Notes: generated from the letters alone by a model not told the origin. A DNA stretch of 64,000 bases from Callorhinchus milii (GCF_018977255.1 NW_024704742.1:98582001-98646000), one strand, 5' to 3'. Positions 39,959 to 53,768 are shown, numbered from the stretch's first letter. Numbers and translations: made by a program.

Positions 39959-41505
39959 AAACCCTACTGGTTTTACTCATTGGATAAATCTTTAAAATGT
40001 AAAATTCCTGTTCAATGTGACCAGATGGTGCTGAAACAATTTTTTTTACCTGGAGTTTATGTACTTTGAAAACTTTTTGCTAGGTCAACAGTGATTAATT
40101 GCTCGCTTATGAGAGTAAATTACTGGACCAATTATTTTTGTCACTATCAATCATTTCAGTCAGACATTACCAGCTCACCTCTACCAATCTGTCAGCTTTT
40201 AGTTCTTTAAGAGCAGAAAGCAGAGCTTCCCTAATGGCTCAGTTGATAAAATCTGTAACTTGCGTGTGAAACTCAATTGATACCGACCACAAGTTCTGAT
40301 GCTGTACTGCACTGTGTTAGCCAGGGCAGCGGTTGAGGTGTTGCACCCCAGTGAGCTAGAGAAGGGAAAATCAAACAGGAATCCTGCACACAATTGTTGT
40401 CTTTGCTAGATAATCCACAAGTCGATATCAGGGTCCTGAATTTTTTATTTTCTTAGGCTTAACATCTTTGTTTTAAAATTGAAGGTCATGCAGAATTTTG
40501 GTCTTAAACTAGCCTTAATTTGAAAGTTAATTTTCCACAGTTCCCAAGAAGAACTGGAAAACCAGCTTCCAAATTAAGATTAAATTTAAGAATTTTTCAC
40601 AGTTCTGTGTGACCCTTGATTTGAAGATAAAAAGAATAATAATCCTTACATTTGGTGTAGTGCCTTTCATGTCAGAAGGACACCTCAAACCATGATTTAC
40701 TGTACAGTGAAGTGACTGGGTGTTTGGTGGGCAAAAGTGGCAGCCAATCGGCACACAGCAATGGTCTTACAAGTTGAGGTGGAAATTCAGGCCTCAGAAC
40801 TCTGATTTATATCTTTTCTAGTTTATCTCCACTTCTGCAGTTCCCTGAAGTTTTTCTGTCTCGCACAAATATTTCCCCTATCTGTATCCTCTATCATAAT
40901 CGGCAGTTATGAATCGCATTGATGTATTTTATTACAAAACATCCAAGCGAACTATGATTTCTGCAAAAATGTTAGCATGATACAGTGAGAACCATCTTCA
41001 TCAGATCATATTAAATATGTTTATAAACACTTGTTATTCTTCAACTTAATTCCCAGAAACCGGAGCCACCTTCTAAGTGTACGGAAAGTTTCAGTTGTTG
41101 GGATCATATGAAAGAAACATTACATTCAATTTCAATAGAACTGGTGTTGGGACATGGTGACTGTATTATTTTCAATTAAAAAAGGAAGTATGCCTCTGAA
41201 AGAACAAAACTGCCCAAGATATCCTACAATCTATTTCTTACAGTACCACCTACCATTCTTTGTGCATCGGTACAAAAAGCACAACTTCTCTCAATGCAGC
41301 AGTTCTGTTGTTGTTAGTGAACAATGATGACATTGTGGCTTCTGGCAAATACACCTGTAGTAAAAATGTATTACTTAATGGCTATGGATCAGGTTGCTAG
41401 AACATAACACCCCACCCTCATTATAAGGCTTGGAATCAAAACTCTATCTCTCATGAATGAAGCATACACTTGCACCTGTTTTGCGAGCAATTCCAACATA
41501 TATGC

Positions 41506-41878
41506 ATAATAATAATAATTCTTGCATTTAATATAGTGCCTTATCACATCTTCCAGACAGCTCAAAGCGCTTCACAGAATATACTGCAAGGGCAATTGAC
41601 TGTATGTTTTGTGGGCAAACCACGGCAACCAATTGTGCACCACCTTGTGCCACAAACAGTCATGGATTAAGTGACCAAATTATATATTTTTTTTGAAGGA
41701 ATTAGTACCCCGGAAAAATGATCCACCAATCGACTAACAACTGGGTTCCTACTTACTGCTAAGTAAAGAGAGACGTGTGGAGTAAGCAAACTTTCCCAAT
41801 GTTTCGCCCTACCGGGAATCGAATCCAGGTCCTCTCGGTTGTGAGATGAGCATTCTAACCACTGATCTACAGGACTCC
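41506..41878 (-). mobile_element. SINE family A, long subtype, full length
   Basis: Reverse complement head, long core and tail; another 3' half at 42384-42545. Confidence 0.9.
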
Positions 41879-43739
41879 ATTGGCTACAATTTTGGATGAA
41901 ACTACTTTAATGAATTGTTGTTCAGTGCAGATTTGCGCTTCTAGTTTAGAGCACAGCTTTAAATCTTTTGGTATAAATGCATGGAATAATACCGATAAAC
42001 TAGCATTCATTTGGGTTTAAATCATCAACTAAAAGGTCAGTTTTTGAACCTGAAAAAAATATGATTTGAAATCAACTTAGGAACATTGTAAACTTACAAA
42101 ATACAGTCACTACACTTTACAGTAAAATCCTGTAAAGTGCTTTGAGACATTTATCTGATGTCCACTTAGACTATTCAGAAGTTGCATGGAAGAGGATATT
42201 GTGTTAACTTCTGGAGAATTAGTCAATTGGTTAACGAGAAGACTAACCTGTGCAAGATAGTTTATCAAAGCTGGACAATGGCATGATGTTTCCAATCTAT
42301 TGGAGAGTAGAATAAATGACTGGTTTAAACATGTTTCTTCTGGTTCTGTACTCACAGTGCAAGTCAAAATCCTGTTTACATAATATAATAATAATCCTTG
42401 CATTTGATATAGCACCTTATCACGTTGTCGAGACATCTCAAAGCGCTCCACAGAATATACTGTAATATGAACTGACTGTATATTTTGTCGGTGAAACGTG
42501 GCAGCCAATTGCCCACAGCAGTGTCTCACAAACAGTCATGGATTTTTTTTAAGGAATTATTTTTTACATCTACATGATTGAAACCAAACTTTGCGGTTTT
42601 CATTAAAGGCAAGGTATACACTCAGCAAAAGGTAGAAAGTTAACCAACATGGTTAATTTTGATATTTGCTATGTTAAAAATGAATAAATCTGAAAAACCT
42701 GTCATAGCTTGACAAATAGAACAGCATTGTGCTGTTGGGTTCAATGAGTATGTCTGTTTGTACCTCTATATTAGTAACATCTCAGGCCAGAGAAGCAAAC
42801 ATAGTGCAGAAATTGATCTGCTTTGGGAAAAAGCCAATATTCCTTATGTTACTGACTTCTTATCAGCAATGTAACAAATAGGCATTTTATCCTTTGTACT
42901 CAAATTGTTGGACCTTTATGTAAGAGTTCCCATATATACAATATCCTGACAACCAGTGAAAGGTGATATCATTACCTTCACCCAGTGTCAAAATACCCAA
43001 TATTTTTGATGTATTACATTTTGGTTCATTTGGAATTCCACACTTAAAGGTATAAAAAATGAATCTATTTATTTTCAAAACTATAATGAAAAAAGCTATA
43101 TTGTTTGAGGATAACAAAAATGTTGCTTTTTGCATTGGCATTTAAAGACTAGACAATGCATAGAACCCATCACTCCTATGTAGCAGCAACACCTGCATTA
43201 TAAATATATAAATCTGCATTATAAATTATTATTATAAATTATCTTTCTATAAATTGGAAGGGACACTACTGGTAGCAGAATAGTGATTCAATCTTGTACT
43301 GAGACTTACAGTTTGAGAGGAAATGAGATCTAATTGTGATGATTGAATATTGAATGATGGGCCGCCCACATACTCACCCATACTAAACTCCATATCCCCA
43401 TCACACCAGTTCTAGCCAGGCCCCGCTGGCTCCATATTGCGAACGGATCGATTTCAAGACCCTACACTCGTTTTCAAATCCTTCATTCCCTGGCACTTCC
43501 CTACCTCTCCAACCTGCTTACACACCTCACAACCTGCTGCCTTCACTTGACTGGCTCCAGCTTTCGGCATGTCCCCCGTTTGTTTTGTATTTGTAAAATA
43601 TTGGATCTGGAACTCCACTCAGACACAAAGCTTCTGCCAGACACCAGAAGTTTTCTTTGGCCACTATCAGGAGAATTAATTTTCTGAATCCTCACCTCCC
43701 CAGGTCTTCTGAAGTTATGAATTTGTGCTGGGAACTGTT

Positions 43740-44090
43740 CCAGGACCCAGGGATCCTTCAATAGGTCATTCAAATAGCCATTCTCCTTCTGTGAGCCTAG
43801 ACACTCTGTCAGCAGACTATTCAATCATTGGGGGATCACAGCCTGCCTTGGTCTCTCCTGACATCTACATAAGTGTCCTTTCCAATTAGGATCATTGGAT
43901 AGCAAACAGATGTGGGATCTCTGGCTATTTTTTCCTCATTCCAGCTCAAGGGTATGAAGGTCAACATCCATATTGCTGCCCCAGCTGAGAACAGCAATCA
44001 GCACAGACAGAGGATTGGACCTGGTTGACCCATTGTATGATTGTCAGCAACCCCTATTGATCAGCAATGTGGTTTTGGCCTTGTTGGCCT
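43740..44090 (-). mobile_element. Ancient tRNA-SINE, AmnSINE2-like (related pieces at about 40225-40420 + and 44150-44370 +)
   Basis: TGCCCCAGCTGAGA...TCAGCACAGAC...GGATTGGACCTGG and GGATCTCTGGCT resemble the reverse complement of recalled AmnSINE2 core; highly diverged. Confidence 0.45.
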
Positions 44091-46550
44091 AACTGTATCT
44101 TCTGGGATAGAGGAAGATCCATGAGCAGGAGAGTACTAAAATAGTACTGGAAATCTGAAGTCAAAGCTGGGGCTGTGAGGAGTCTAAATCAACTCTGGCC
44201 TTCCCAGAAATAAAATCAGTCGAAGAGGTCAGGCTTGGCTGTGATACTCTCTGCAGTGGAAGTGGAGTGACCTGTTGACACTCACTGCCAAGGCTCATCA
44301 ATAAAAAATGGCCACTGGGCGGGGGGGCAACCAGCTCCTGTAGAACCTACAACCCAACAAGAGGAGGCCAGACCAGGAGCAGAGGCTTATGTCAACGAGA
44401 AGAAAATTAGAAAATGAATTGAACACACTAAATTTATATTTAAAAAGAAATACTAGGAGTCCCCTGCAGATCATTCAGCGTGTGAAACGTAAAAATAAGT
44501 AGCAACTTACAAATAACTGGGCATGTTACCACTGACAGGAATTCCATCGAAAACGCTAAATAAGGTGGCCATCAGCATCAGCTTGGACACTTGTTCCATT
44601 GAATAGCTTATTTGAAGCAGCCTGTAAACTAAATGCAGCATCAGTTTCAGATGTGGGAGTGGCTTTACCAACAGCACCATCAGAGAAACCCTTTTATTCA
44701 AACCTGAGTGTAAATAAAGCCATGCAGCAAGGAGTAACAATTTCTGCTAAACCTTCGCTGTATTCCAGTAACAAAGTAGTGACGGACAGTTATATGATGG
44801 TTCTACTACCAGCAACAAACACCCTTGCTCCAAGTTACTGTTCATTAATCTTTGTGGCAGCAAATATCTTTATCTGCACTGATCTGTGATATGTTGTAAT
44901 ATTTAAATTCTACTGGTAACTTACATTTTAAATAATAATGATTACTTAGCATGCTAAAAGCAGAATGGTGCTCCCAATATCTCAGTTGGTCCAGTGTTGT
45001 TCAGTGTGGGTGGGATGAGAAAACTAATGTCCTCCTGTAGTTTGATTTTATGTCTAGAGCAGCACAAGAGGCTGAAAACCCACCCAGTCTTAGCGTGTAA
45101 AGTCACTGTCTTAAGTGTCACGGAACTGTGGAAAATCCTTAAATTCAGTTTTAATTTGGAAGCCAGTTTCAATTTTTCACAATTCTGCGAGATCTTAGAT
45201 TTTAAGACAAAGTGATTTCATGGCCTAGGACCAGGTGGAATTTCAGGCCTAATATGGGGTTAATTGCAATAAGCTCATAAGAGCACCAGTCACTGAAACC
45301 TTCTGCTGGACGAGCAGTGAGCCAGCAATGCATCCATTTTGAAAAAATAACTAAAAGTACCCTCTGGAGAATTGGGAGGCTTTGAAACCTGAATGGAAAA
45401 AAAGACATATTTTAAAACATTTTCTTTTAAATCCACACATCTGCTTGGTCTGACCCCAGGCAATTTAACAATGACATGATAACAAGCAAGTGCTAATTGT
45501 TCTACTTGTTAAGAAAATGCTGACATTCTCACCTTCAAATATTATGATGTGTTTTGTAACTGTCACCCGAACCCTCAGATCGGATTACCTTAATCGTTTT
45601 CTTGTTTTATTTTTGATAATATATACTGTTTCAGTGGGAATTGGGAGCATTTATTCAATTTTATTCACAGGTTTTCCAGTGGCAGCAACAGCAGCTGTCT
45701 GTGCTTCGTGTCCTTGACAGGTAACAAGGTTCACCCAAAGGAGTTTGCTATGCATCAGACTATAACTATAGATTGATTAAGAAATAATCTATTGTTGATT
45801 ATGAGGAAATACAATGTCAATATATATTACAGAACATTAATATCCAAAATGATATTAATCCTTTTACACAAACAGAGTGAAGTTATTGGGAAACCTTCCA
45901 GAGTTGATTTCCAAATATGGAGGTTTACACTGTTTGAGAATTGCAGTTAACTTGCTCACATTGAAAGAACATCCTGTGTGTTTTTGTGTGTTTATTCTCC
46001 ATCTGGTACTGACTATAAACACACATTTTACATAATGAAAAATCAAATATGGAATGATTGAAATAAGTGCAAGTGGTATCACTTGTAGTTTTAAAAAATC
46101 GGAATCTGTAAATTGATTGACACTGTGCAAAACTAGTAATTGTGTTAGTCACAGCACTGGGCTGTAACACCTATTGTACTTTGACAGCTTCAGAGGGTAA
46201 CTTTTACCACTTTTGCAATGTTATTTGTCAAGTGTTGAAATTGTAGCTCCGAGGGTGAGACAAAGGGTGCAAAAGTGAAGTGTCGATAATGGGATGCCGT
46301 TCATCCTGATTCCATTACATTTACCTCTCCTGACCCCATGTGTCGTTCTAGCGTGAGACAGAAATGACAGCCATGCAACCCACTTGAGACAATGTTAAAG
46401 CAGCTTTAGTCATCTTCACTGTGATAATAAAAACTGCCACATGGAGCTTGCAAAGCCACACCTCCCGAAAATCAAAAATCTTATTTGCTTTTATCGTTGT
46501 GACGCTTCCTGGGCTCCACTAACTTTATTTTGTTGTTGGCCTGATTAGGT

Positions 46551-46945
46551 TGATAGCCTGGCTCAGTTAATAGGAATCTGGCCTCTGAGCCAGAAAGTTG
46601 TGGGCTCAATTCCCAAGTCTGACCTTTGAGTCTAGGCTGACACTCCAAGGAGTGCTGGGGTGTACCGCATTGTTGGAGGTGCCGTTCTTCAGATGAGATG
46701 TTAGACCAAGGCCCCATCTGCCTGATCAGTTGGACATTAAAGATCCCATGGCACTGTTCAAAAAAGAGTTTCTCCCGGTGTCTTGGCCAACGGTCCCCCA
46801 GGTAAAATTGCTCATTCACATGACTGTTTGTGGAGCAAATTACTGCCTAGTTTGCCTACAAAACATACACTTCGCAGTAAATCCTGTGCAGCACTCTGAG
46901 ACACCCTTTCAAAGTGAAAGGTGCCACATGGATTATTTTATTATT
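46551..46945 (+). mobile_element. SINE family B (DeuSINE-like), full length
   Basis: AGCCTGGCTCAGTT head; GCATTGTTGGAGGTGCCGTTCTTCAGATGAGATGTTAGACC...AAAGATCCCATGGCACT core. Confidence 0.85.
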
Positions 46946-48421
46946 TAATCCCTGTAGTTTCTAGCACCGAATAGGGATGGCGTAATCAGGCGTTGTGCTC
47001 AATAATGTGATATAATATATAGTGATTTCTTACTGGGATCAACTAATTATGGAATCCAAGTGAGATATCTTCTTTCAGTATCTCGTCCATGTGACAGAAA
47101 CTCCACTCTGAAAGTAGATGGTAACGGTGTTGAATTTTCACAGGTCGGTGTGACACACTTCCATTACCATTCTCTACTATGTTTAAATCTGACCTTAAAA
47201 CCTACCTCTTTGTCCACTCCTATGGTCAACACCCTCTTCCCCCTCTCCCTTGATCAGGGTCCAACCCCGTATTTGTAAAGTGCTCTGAAACGTTATCTGT
47301 CTTGGAAGGGACATTGAATGCAATTTGTCTAAATAAACATAGGAATGTCTATTAAGACAATTCATTGCATGTTGGAACCCAAAAGCAAGTAGGTTGAAGT
47401 AGATGATGTTATCATGCAGCGTACTTAAAGATGTCAACAGGTTCTTGAGGTTACTATGTACTTTTGGTGAGGCTGAGGCTTTCCTGTCAGCTGACTATGA
47501 ATGCTAAACCACTCTGGTGCATCAGTTTGGTTTGTTCAGCTTTAGCCAAAGGCAACATTAGTTTCACAAAGAACAAGTAGAGATCTGACCAAAGGACTGA
47601 AGTTAAACCCACATCATAAGGCATTTAAATAATGGCTTTTATTTGATTTTGTGCTAACTTTGGATCCATTCATAATCCCCAACAGAAATGTTACATTTTA
47701 CAAATATAACAGCATCCGCTGGAACAATCGTTGAACAAACACATACATATATTATCTTAAAACTTCCAAAGATTATTTTTTTCATTAAAACAAAAACTAC
47801 AATTGTACAGTGTGTCTGTGACAATGTAATCATTCTTCACAAGTTTTCAATTAAGACAACAAGGGCTCAGACTACTTTAGAAGTGTTCAGATCAGATACA
47901 GGGTCCCAAATCCTGACAAAGTTGATCTGAAGGAGCTGTAAGTGACTTCCTGGGTACAGTCAAAAATGACATGTAGCTTACATTAAATTAACAATTGCAA
48001 AAAATAATTGTGATATTAGTTTGCAAAGTAATAAATACTGCTGTCTCCTAACCGCAATAGTCTATTTGAGGTTGTTACCTTTTTATTAAAATTTGATGAC
48101 TGGAATGGCTTGTCATGAATCCCAAATTCCAATAAATAAATCCGGAATTTCCATGTATTGTTGGGAAAAATGAATCGGGAAAAACTCTGAGTGAGCTTCC
48201 GAGAGAGCATATTTCTATTTTGTATTGGATAATGCAACAAAAATTATTATAAAAAATTGGTAAAACGTAAAAAAAACAGCAACAAGGAACGAAAAAAAAT
48301 TGTAACTTGTAAGTTTTGGCAGCAAAATATCTGGTTCACAGAAATCTGTCTCTGGTTTTGTATTGTTAGAGTGCTATTGTTGTTAAAGACATTTTTAACT
48401 GCAATTCTGTAATGCTCCTTA

Positions 48422-48427
48422 TTTATT
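48422..48427 (-). promoter_or_regulatory. Candidate MFSD3 polyadenylation signal AATAAA (a second candidate at 48082-48087)
   Basis: tttatt on the plus strand about 190 nt downstream of the MFSD3 stop codon. Confidence 0.4.
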
Positions 48428-48616
48428 GTCAGTGATAATTACGAAACAGAGACACTTTAGGAATATTGCAATTTGGACCATGTTATTTTTACTATTCATT
48501 TACCTGTGACCTGCATGGCTGCCTTGTGACAGTGGCCTCATCGCTCTGTTTGCCCTGTCAGGTGCTGTGTGGAGAGTATTCAGAGTGACGATGGTTGGAT
48601 TCTACCAAACTATATT

Positions 48617-48805
48617 TTATTTCGACAACTTGTCTGGGGCCAACTTAGGTGGATTCAACACATGGAGAATGGATAAAAGTGAAAGAGCCAGAAATACACA
48701 GAAGCTGTAGCGGAAACCGATCCCATCCACAATCACACCACCCATGATACCAAAAGTGAGTTTCCCCAGCACCTCCAGAGTAGCCAGAAAGGAGTAATGA
48801 GTAGC
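48617..48805 (-). CDS. MFSD3: MFSD3 (major facilitator superfamily domain containing 3), terminal coding exon
   Basis: Minus-strand T-rich acceptor (ttttttttgcAG) then ATHYSFLATLEVLGKLTFGIMGGVIVDGIGFRYSFCVFLALSLLSILHVLNPPKLAPDKLSK*. This matches the recalled MFSD3 C-terminus (ATHYSLLATLELLGKL...). Phase 0 is compatible with the upstream exon. Confidence 0.92.
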   Translation of the reverse strand, partial: ATHYSFLATLEVLGKLTFGIMGGVIVDGIGFRYSFCVFLALSLLSILHVLNPPKLAPDKLSK

Positions 48806-49750
48806 CTGCAAAAAAAAAAGCAAATGTCACCGCACATGATAGGAATAAGAAACGGTGATATTACCACCTCTGCTTCCACACAAATACAACAACAATCTCA
48901 ACAAATAGTATGATCTCTTATTTAATGACACCAAAAAGCAAAACATTTCTTCCAGCTGTCTAGAACAAACATTTTTCAAAAAGTACCATCAATCAAAGAA
49001 GTCAGTCCACCAGTCAATTAAGAAGGTTTACCTCTGAAGACCCCAGTCTCAACAACAACAAATTACATTTCTATAGCGCCTTTTACGTTGGAACGACGTC
49101 CCAAAGTGAAGGACAGTCAAGGATGTGCACCCAAGGATGCATTTCCTTTAATATATCAGTTGCATATCTTTGGACCTTATGGATCTGTGATTCAAACTTT
49201 TCACTGTGAACATATAATAATATCACTACAACATATTTACTTTACACACACAATATGCCTGGTATCTTGGTATTTTTTCCAATGCACTCAGGTCCCCTAC
49301 AAGTAGATTTCATAGGGTTAACTCATTACTGTGGTTAAAAATAGGTTTCAATTACAGGAAGACCAATTACCTTACAAATGAGGTTATATTAAAGTCTTCA
49401 ACAACAGGAAATATTAAATGTATTGATTCATTTTTATCAGCTTCCAGTAAAAACGGCTAATTTAGAAGTAAGGAAATAAAGGTCGAGGCTGGTGCTCCAG
49501 TACAGAACTGGGGAAGTTCTGTAGGGCCATCTAAAAGTGCTTTAGTGTAGTATGGCTCTTGATAAAAAGGCCCAAGACCTAAACATTGATTTCTCCAGGG
49601 AATCCCCCATACATCATATCAAGTTACAAAACTTTGGTTGCAGTAAGATCAGGCTAATGCTGGAGGTACTATCTTTCAAAGATGTATTAAACTGAGGCCC
49701 AGTTTACTTATTGAGGTGGAAAATAATGATCCCATGATGCTATTCAAAAA

Positions 49751-50058
49751 GAAGTCCTGTAGCTCAGTGGTTAGAGCACTCGCTTTGCAAGCGAGAGACC
49801 TGAGTTCAATTCCAGGCAGGGCAAAACCTTGGGCAAGTTTCCTTACTCCACACGCCTAATAATAATCCCTCCAAAATCAAAAACAATAATAAATTGGTCA
49901 TTTTCAATCTACGACTGTTTGTGGGACATTGCTGTGCGCAATTGGCTGCCGCGTTCGCCCACAAATATACAGTCAATTCACTTTACAGTGTGTTCTGTGA
50001 AGCGCTTTGGGACGTCCTCCTGACGTGAAAAGCGCTATATCAAATGCAAGGATTATTA
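49751..50058 (+). mobile_element. SINE family A (short, young) nested in an older family B copy, in the last MFSD3 intron
   Basis: Near-identical to 52361-52678; flanks continue the family B core (GATCCCATGATGCTATTC | ...CCTGGCATCCTGGCC). Confidence 0.95.
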
Positions 50059-50949
50059 AAAGGGCACTTTTCCTGGCATCCTGGCCCACAAACCTCTTGT
50101 TTGTTCAGTCATTCACCTCATAGCGCCGTGCAAAATAGCTGCTGATGTGAAACAGTCACTACACTTGGCAATAAATACATGTGCTTTGAGATACATCAGC
50201 ACTATAAAAAAAAATCTTGAGGAAATAAACCATTCATCCTGATCTAATCAAACTATTCCAATTATTTTCAAAGTGTGTTTTTATATTCAAAGGGTTATGT
50301 CCGCTAGTTCCATGTTACCACATTATTATGTAATAAGACGATGAGATGCATAGCCAATTAGTATTTTTAGTTAAGTTAATGAGCTAGGATTTTCAAATGA
50401 AATGTCAGTGTGACAAATCACCATTTAATTTAACATTGACCATAATTGAAGAGAGAGAAACCTTGAATGGTAACAAAAGGATACTTAATGCTTACAAGAT
50501 GCTATCTGTTTCTGGTTCACAGAAAATAAATCTGTCTGTGGTTTTGTATGGTTGGTGCGTTATTGTGAAAACAAACCCTGAATTTCTTGAGGCAATTTTT
50601 CTCCGTACCTTAATTGTAAAATAGCTGGATCAGAATTGTTTTTTCTTTTATGCCATTTTACATCTCGAGAAAGGATTATCATATCCAGAGGTAAGTAACT
50701 CAGTCTGATTTTTAGGTAAAGTGAAATACAATCTCTCCGCATTGCACCCTCTTTGCCTGTCTTCAGATCAAATCTGAAGACTTTCCTCTTCGGCCATGCC
50801 TAAGGTGATTTCTTTCTCTCTAGATCAGCATCAAACTCTGCTACTGTTATGTGCTCTGAGTAGTTCCACAACAACTTATATTTATATAGTGCCCTTTACA
50901 TAACAGTGGTGTAGTTTGGTGCCAAGCTGGAAAGAGGAAAGTCTTTAGG

Positions 50950-51445
50950 TGTGATTGGAAGATGGGTAAAGAGGGGAGAAGACGGAGGGATTGAGGCAGC
51001 GAGTTCCATAGTTTTGGGCAGAGTGGCTAAAAGCACAACTTCCAATGGTGGAGTGGAGAGAACCAGCGACAAAGGACACCAGAAGACCCATCCGGCTGAG
51101 CAAAGGCGACGTATAGTGGATTATGGTATGAGCACATCAGAGAGGTAGACAGTGCCAGAGCATGAATTGATTTTGAAAGTGACAATTTTGAAAACTATCC
51201 ATTCTGCAATAGAGAGCCAGCGGAGCCTGGCAAGAACAGGGATTATAGGAGTGCGGAGCCTGGTACAGGGAAGGGCGGGCGGCAGAGTTTGGGATCTTTT
51301 GGGACTTATCTATAGTGGAAACGGGGAGACCGGTGAGGAGTGCATTTGAAAAATCGAGGCAGGAGGTGTCAAAAGCATGCTTACAGGCTTCAGCAGCATT
51401 TGATTTAAGGTAGGGTCAAAAACAGGCAATCTGGCGGAGGTGGAA
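50950..51445 (-). mobile_element. Old L2 LINE 3' fragment
   Basis: Diverged reverse complement of the L2 C-terminal region (GAGTTCCA...GGGCAGAGTGGCT; TCGAGGCAGGAGGT). Confidence 0.65.
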
Positions 51446-52360
51446 GAAAGAGTCCTGGTCAGGGACCAGATGTGGGATAGGAAGGATAGCTGGAGATTGA
51501 ACCTTGTGAAGGGTACTTTATAAATATATATACTTTATAACTGCAAGTTGTTGTTGTAAAGTGAAATTCTAGGTTTTCCCTAAGGGCGATAGCATATCCT
51601 GCGATGTATTTCAGATGCAATACTGAGACCTGTGTGATTTGTATATAAAAATGATGTCGAAATTTTACATAATCAAGTCTTTGCCTCACAAAATGAAAAT
51701 TTTTCTCAGATTACGTTGTGGTAATAATAATCATGGCAGATGGTGTCAGGAAATTCAAGCAGAAATTGGATACTGATTTGGCAAAAAGATCAGCTGAAGG
51801 AGATGAAAGTTACAGTACATGAATTTTTGTTTTTATCTTGCGACAAGTCAGGTGGTCTTTTCCAATCCTGTTCAGTGCTATGTTCCTATATTACATACTG
51901 GAATATCCATATACTGGAATAGGGAACTGGGAGCCAAGTTAATCAGTTCTCTGTCCACTCTTTCCATACATTCAATACTGGTAGGTCACTAAACAGAATT
52001 TTTCACCTTGCAATTAAACAAAAGGGCATCAGATGCCTTTGTGCCTTAGCATAAAACATGCCAACGGCTCTCTGAAACAACATGACAAATACATTAGGAG
52101 GTACAACCGCTGTCCTTCTGCTACTCACATTACGGAAATCAGCACAGACTCAATATCTACTTCGTCACCCAAACCAATTACTACAGTTTGCCATTTGTTT
52201 GACTGGGAGATAATCACTAATAATCATAAGAAAGGTGTCGATAAAGTATGCCTTCCAGAATACCCTTCCAGAATACCTTCCATATTGTTCATTCATTACA
52301 GCATCTTAAATGAGTCCAGCGTACTGGCTGCAATCATCTTTCCTTGTAACTCATAGTAAT

Positions 52361-52678
52361 GGAGTCCTGTAGCTCAGTGGTTAGAGCACTCGCTTTGCAA
52401 GCGAGAGACCTGAGTTCAATTCCAGGCAGGGCGAAACCTTGGGCAAGTTTCCTTACTCCACACGCCTAATAATAAACCCTCTAAAACAAAAAACAATAAT
52501 AAAATTGGTCATTTTCAATCCATGACTGTTTGTGGGACATTGCTGTGCGCAATTGGCTGCCGCGTTCGCCCACAAATATAGTCAATTCACTTTACAGTCT
52601 ATTCTGTGAAGCGCTTTGGGACATCCTCCCAACGTGAAAAGCGCTATATCAAATGCAAGGATTATTATTATTATTATT
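52361..52678 (+). mobile_element. SINE family A (short, young), full length
   Basis: GGAGTCCTGTAGCTCAGTGGTTAGAGCACTCGCTTTGCAAGCGAG head through (ATT)n tail. Confidence 0.95.
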
Positions 52679-52914
52679 CCAGGCATTAATTATCTTCTGG
52701 GTAAAGAAATAATTCCCAATCACTGTACGTATCAAAACGTCTACCTATGACTGTATACATCAGTCATTGTGAAACTATCATTAGGTTTAGTTGTTTTCAT
52801 TCGTTATGATAGCAATGGTTTGCGCAGTGTTACAACCAGTCCCTTTACCTTGTGATGATCAGCAGTCCAATTAAAATACAATTTATTTAAATCATTAATT
52901 TCACATTCACAAGG

Positions 52915-53165
52915 CACGTTAGGATGAAGAAGACTGTTTGGCCCATCTGATCTGAATATGTACTCTACTATCTTCCCATCACAGGAAAGAACAAACAGTT
53001 TCCTAAACAGTGTTTAGTACCTGGCCTCAACCATCCTTCCTGGTGACTTGTTCCAGCAGTTCTGTGTAAAGAATCTCTGTGTAAAGAAATACTTCCTGAT
53101 GTCTCTCCAAAAATTACCCTATACATCTATGAACTTCTTGTCTTTTGTCCTGCTCTCTTGGCATA
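52915..53165 (-). mobile_element. Decayed CR1 3' end (similar piece at 59060-59175)
   Basis: GAAGACTGTTTGGCCCATC...TTGTTCCAG...CTCTGTGTAAAGAAATACTTCCTGATGTC, typical reverse CR1 3' sequence. Confidence 0.55.
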
Positions 53166-53768
53166 AGGCACAATCAGACCATTCAGATAAAAGAATGTGT
53201 CCTGGGAGTGGAGAAAAAAAGGAGACCTTTGAAACAGTTTACTATAAAACACCCATAAATGGCTTCTGAATAAAATCAGATGGGAACAAAACCTGGTTAG
53301 GATGCCGCACGAATAGCTGTGCCTTTCTCCAGCAACAACTGATATATGATATGTGCAATCATATACTACACTTTACTTAATAATCTGAATGGCTGCTGCA
53401 TTCTCCTTAACAAATACAAGTTATGCAATGCTGAAACTCAAAAGCAGCAGGTGAACGGTCTCACAGTTAAGCCAGAAGGGATTTCATGAGAACAAAAAGC
53501 ATTATTGTGCAGCAATTTTAAACATGACAAATTCTCAAATTATAAAAAGGTAGGGCTTTAGATGTGTGTGATAACTAGCAAATACTGCTACTGGAGATAT
53601 CTTAGTGATAACTGTTGTGGGGGAACACTTTTGCTTACTACAGGGTACCTACATCTCACTGGTCGGAGCTGGGTGCAAACCCAAGGTCTTGAGGCCAGAG
53701 GCCAGTGTCTAATCTCTGTGCTACCCGTATCACGCATGATTTTTTTAAAAAAAGAAAAAAAAATTAAG

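Noticed and set aside
49829..50023. Near-identical 'paralogous' ORFs MGKFPYSTRLIIIPPK… (also 59256-59504)
   Set aside because: Chance reading frames through SINE family A copies
52363..52435. tRNA-Ala(TGC)-like cloverleaf (anticodon arm CTCGC-TTTGCAA-GCGAG)
   Set aside because: The T-arm is mispaired and the sequence continues into the SINE body and tail in many copies; it is a SINE head, not a tRNA gene
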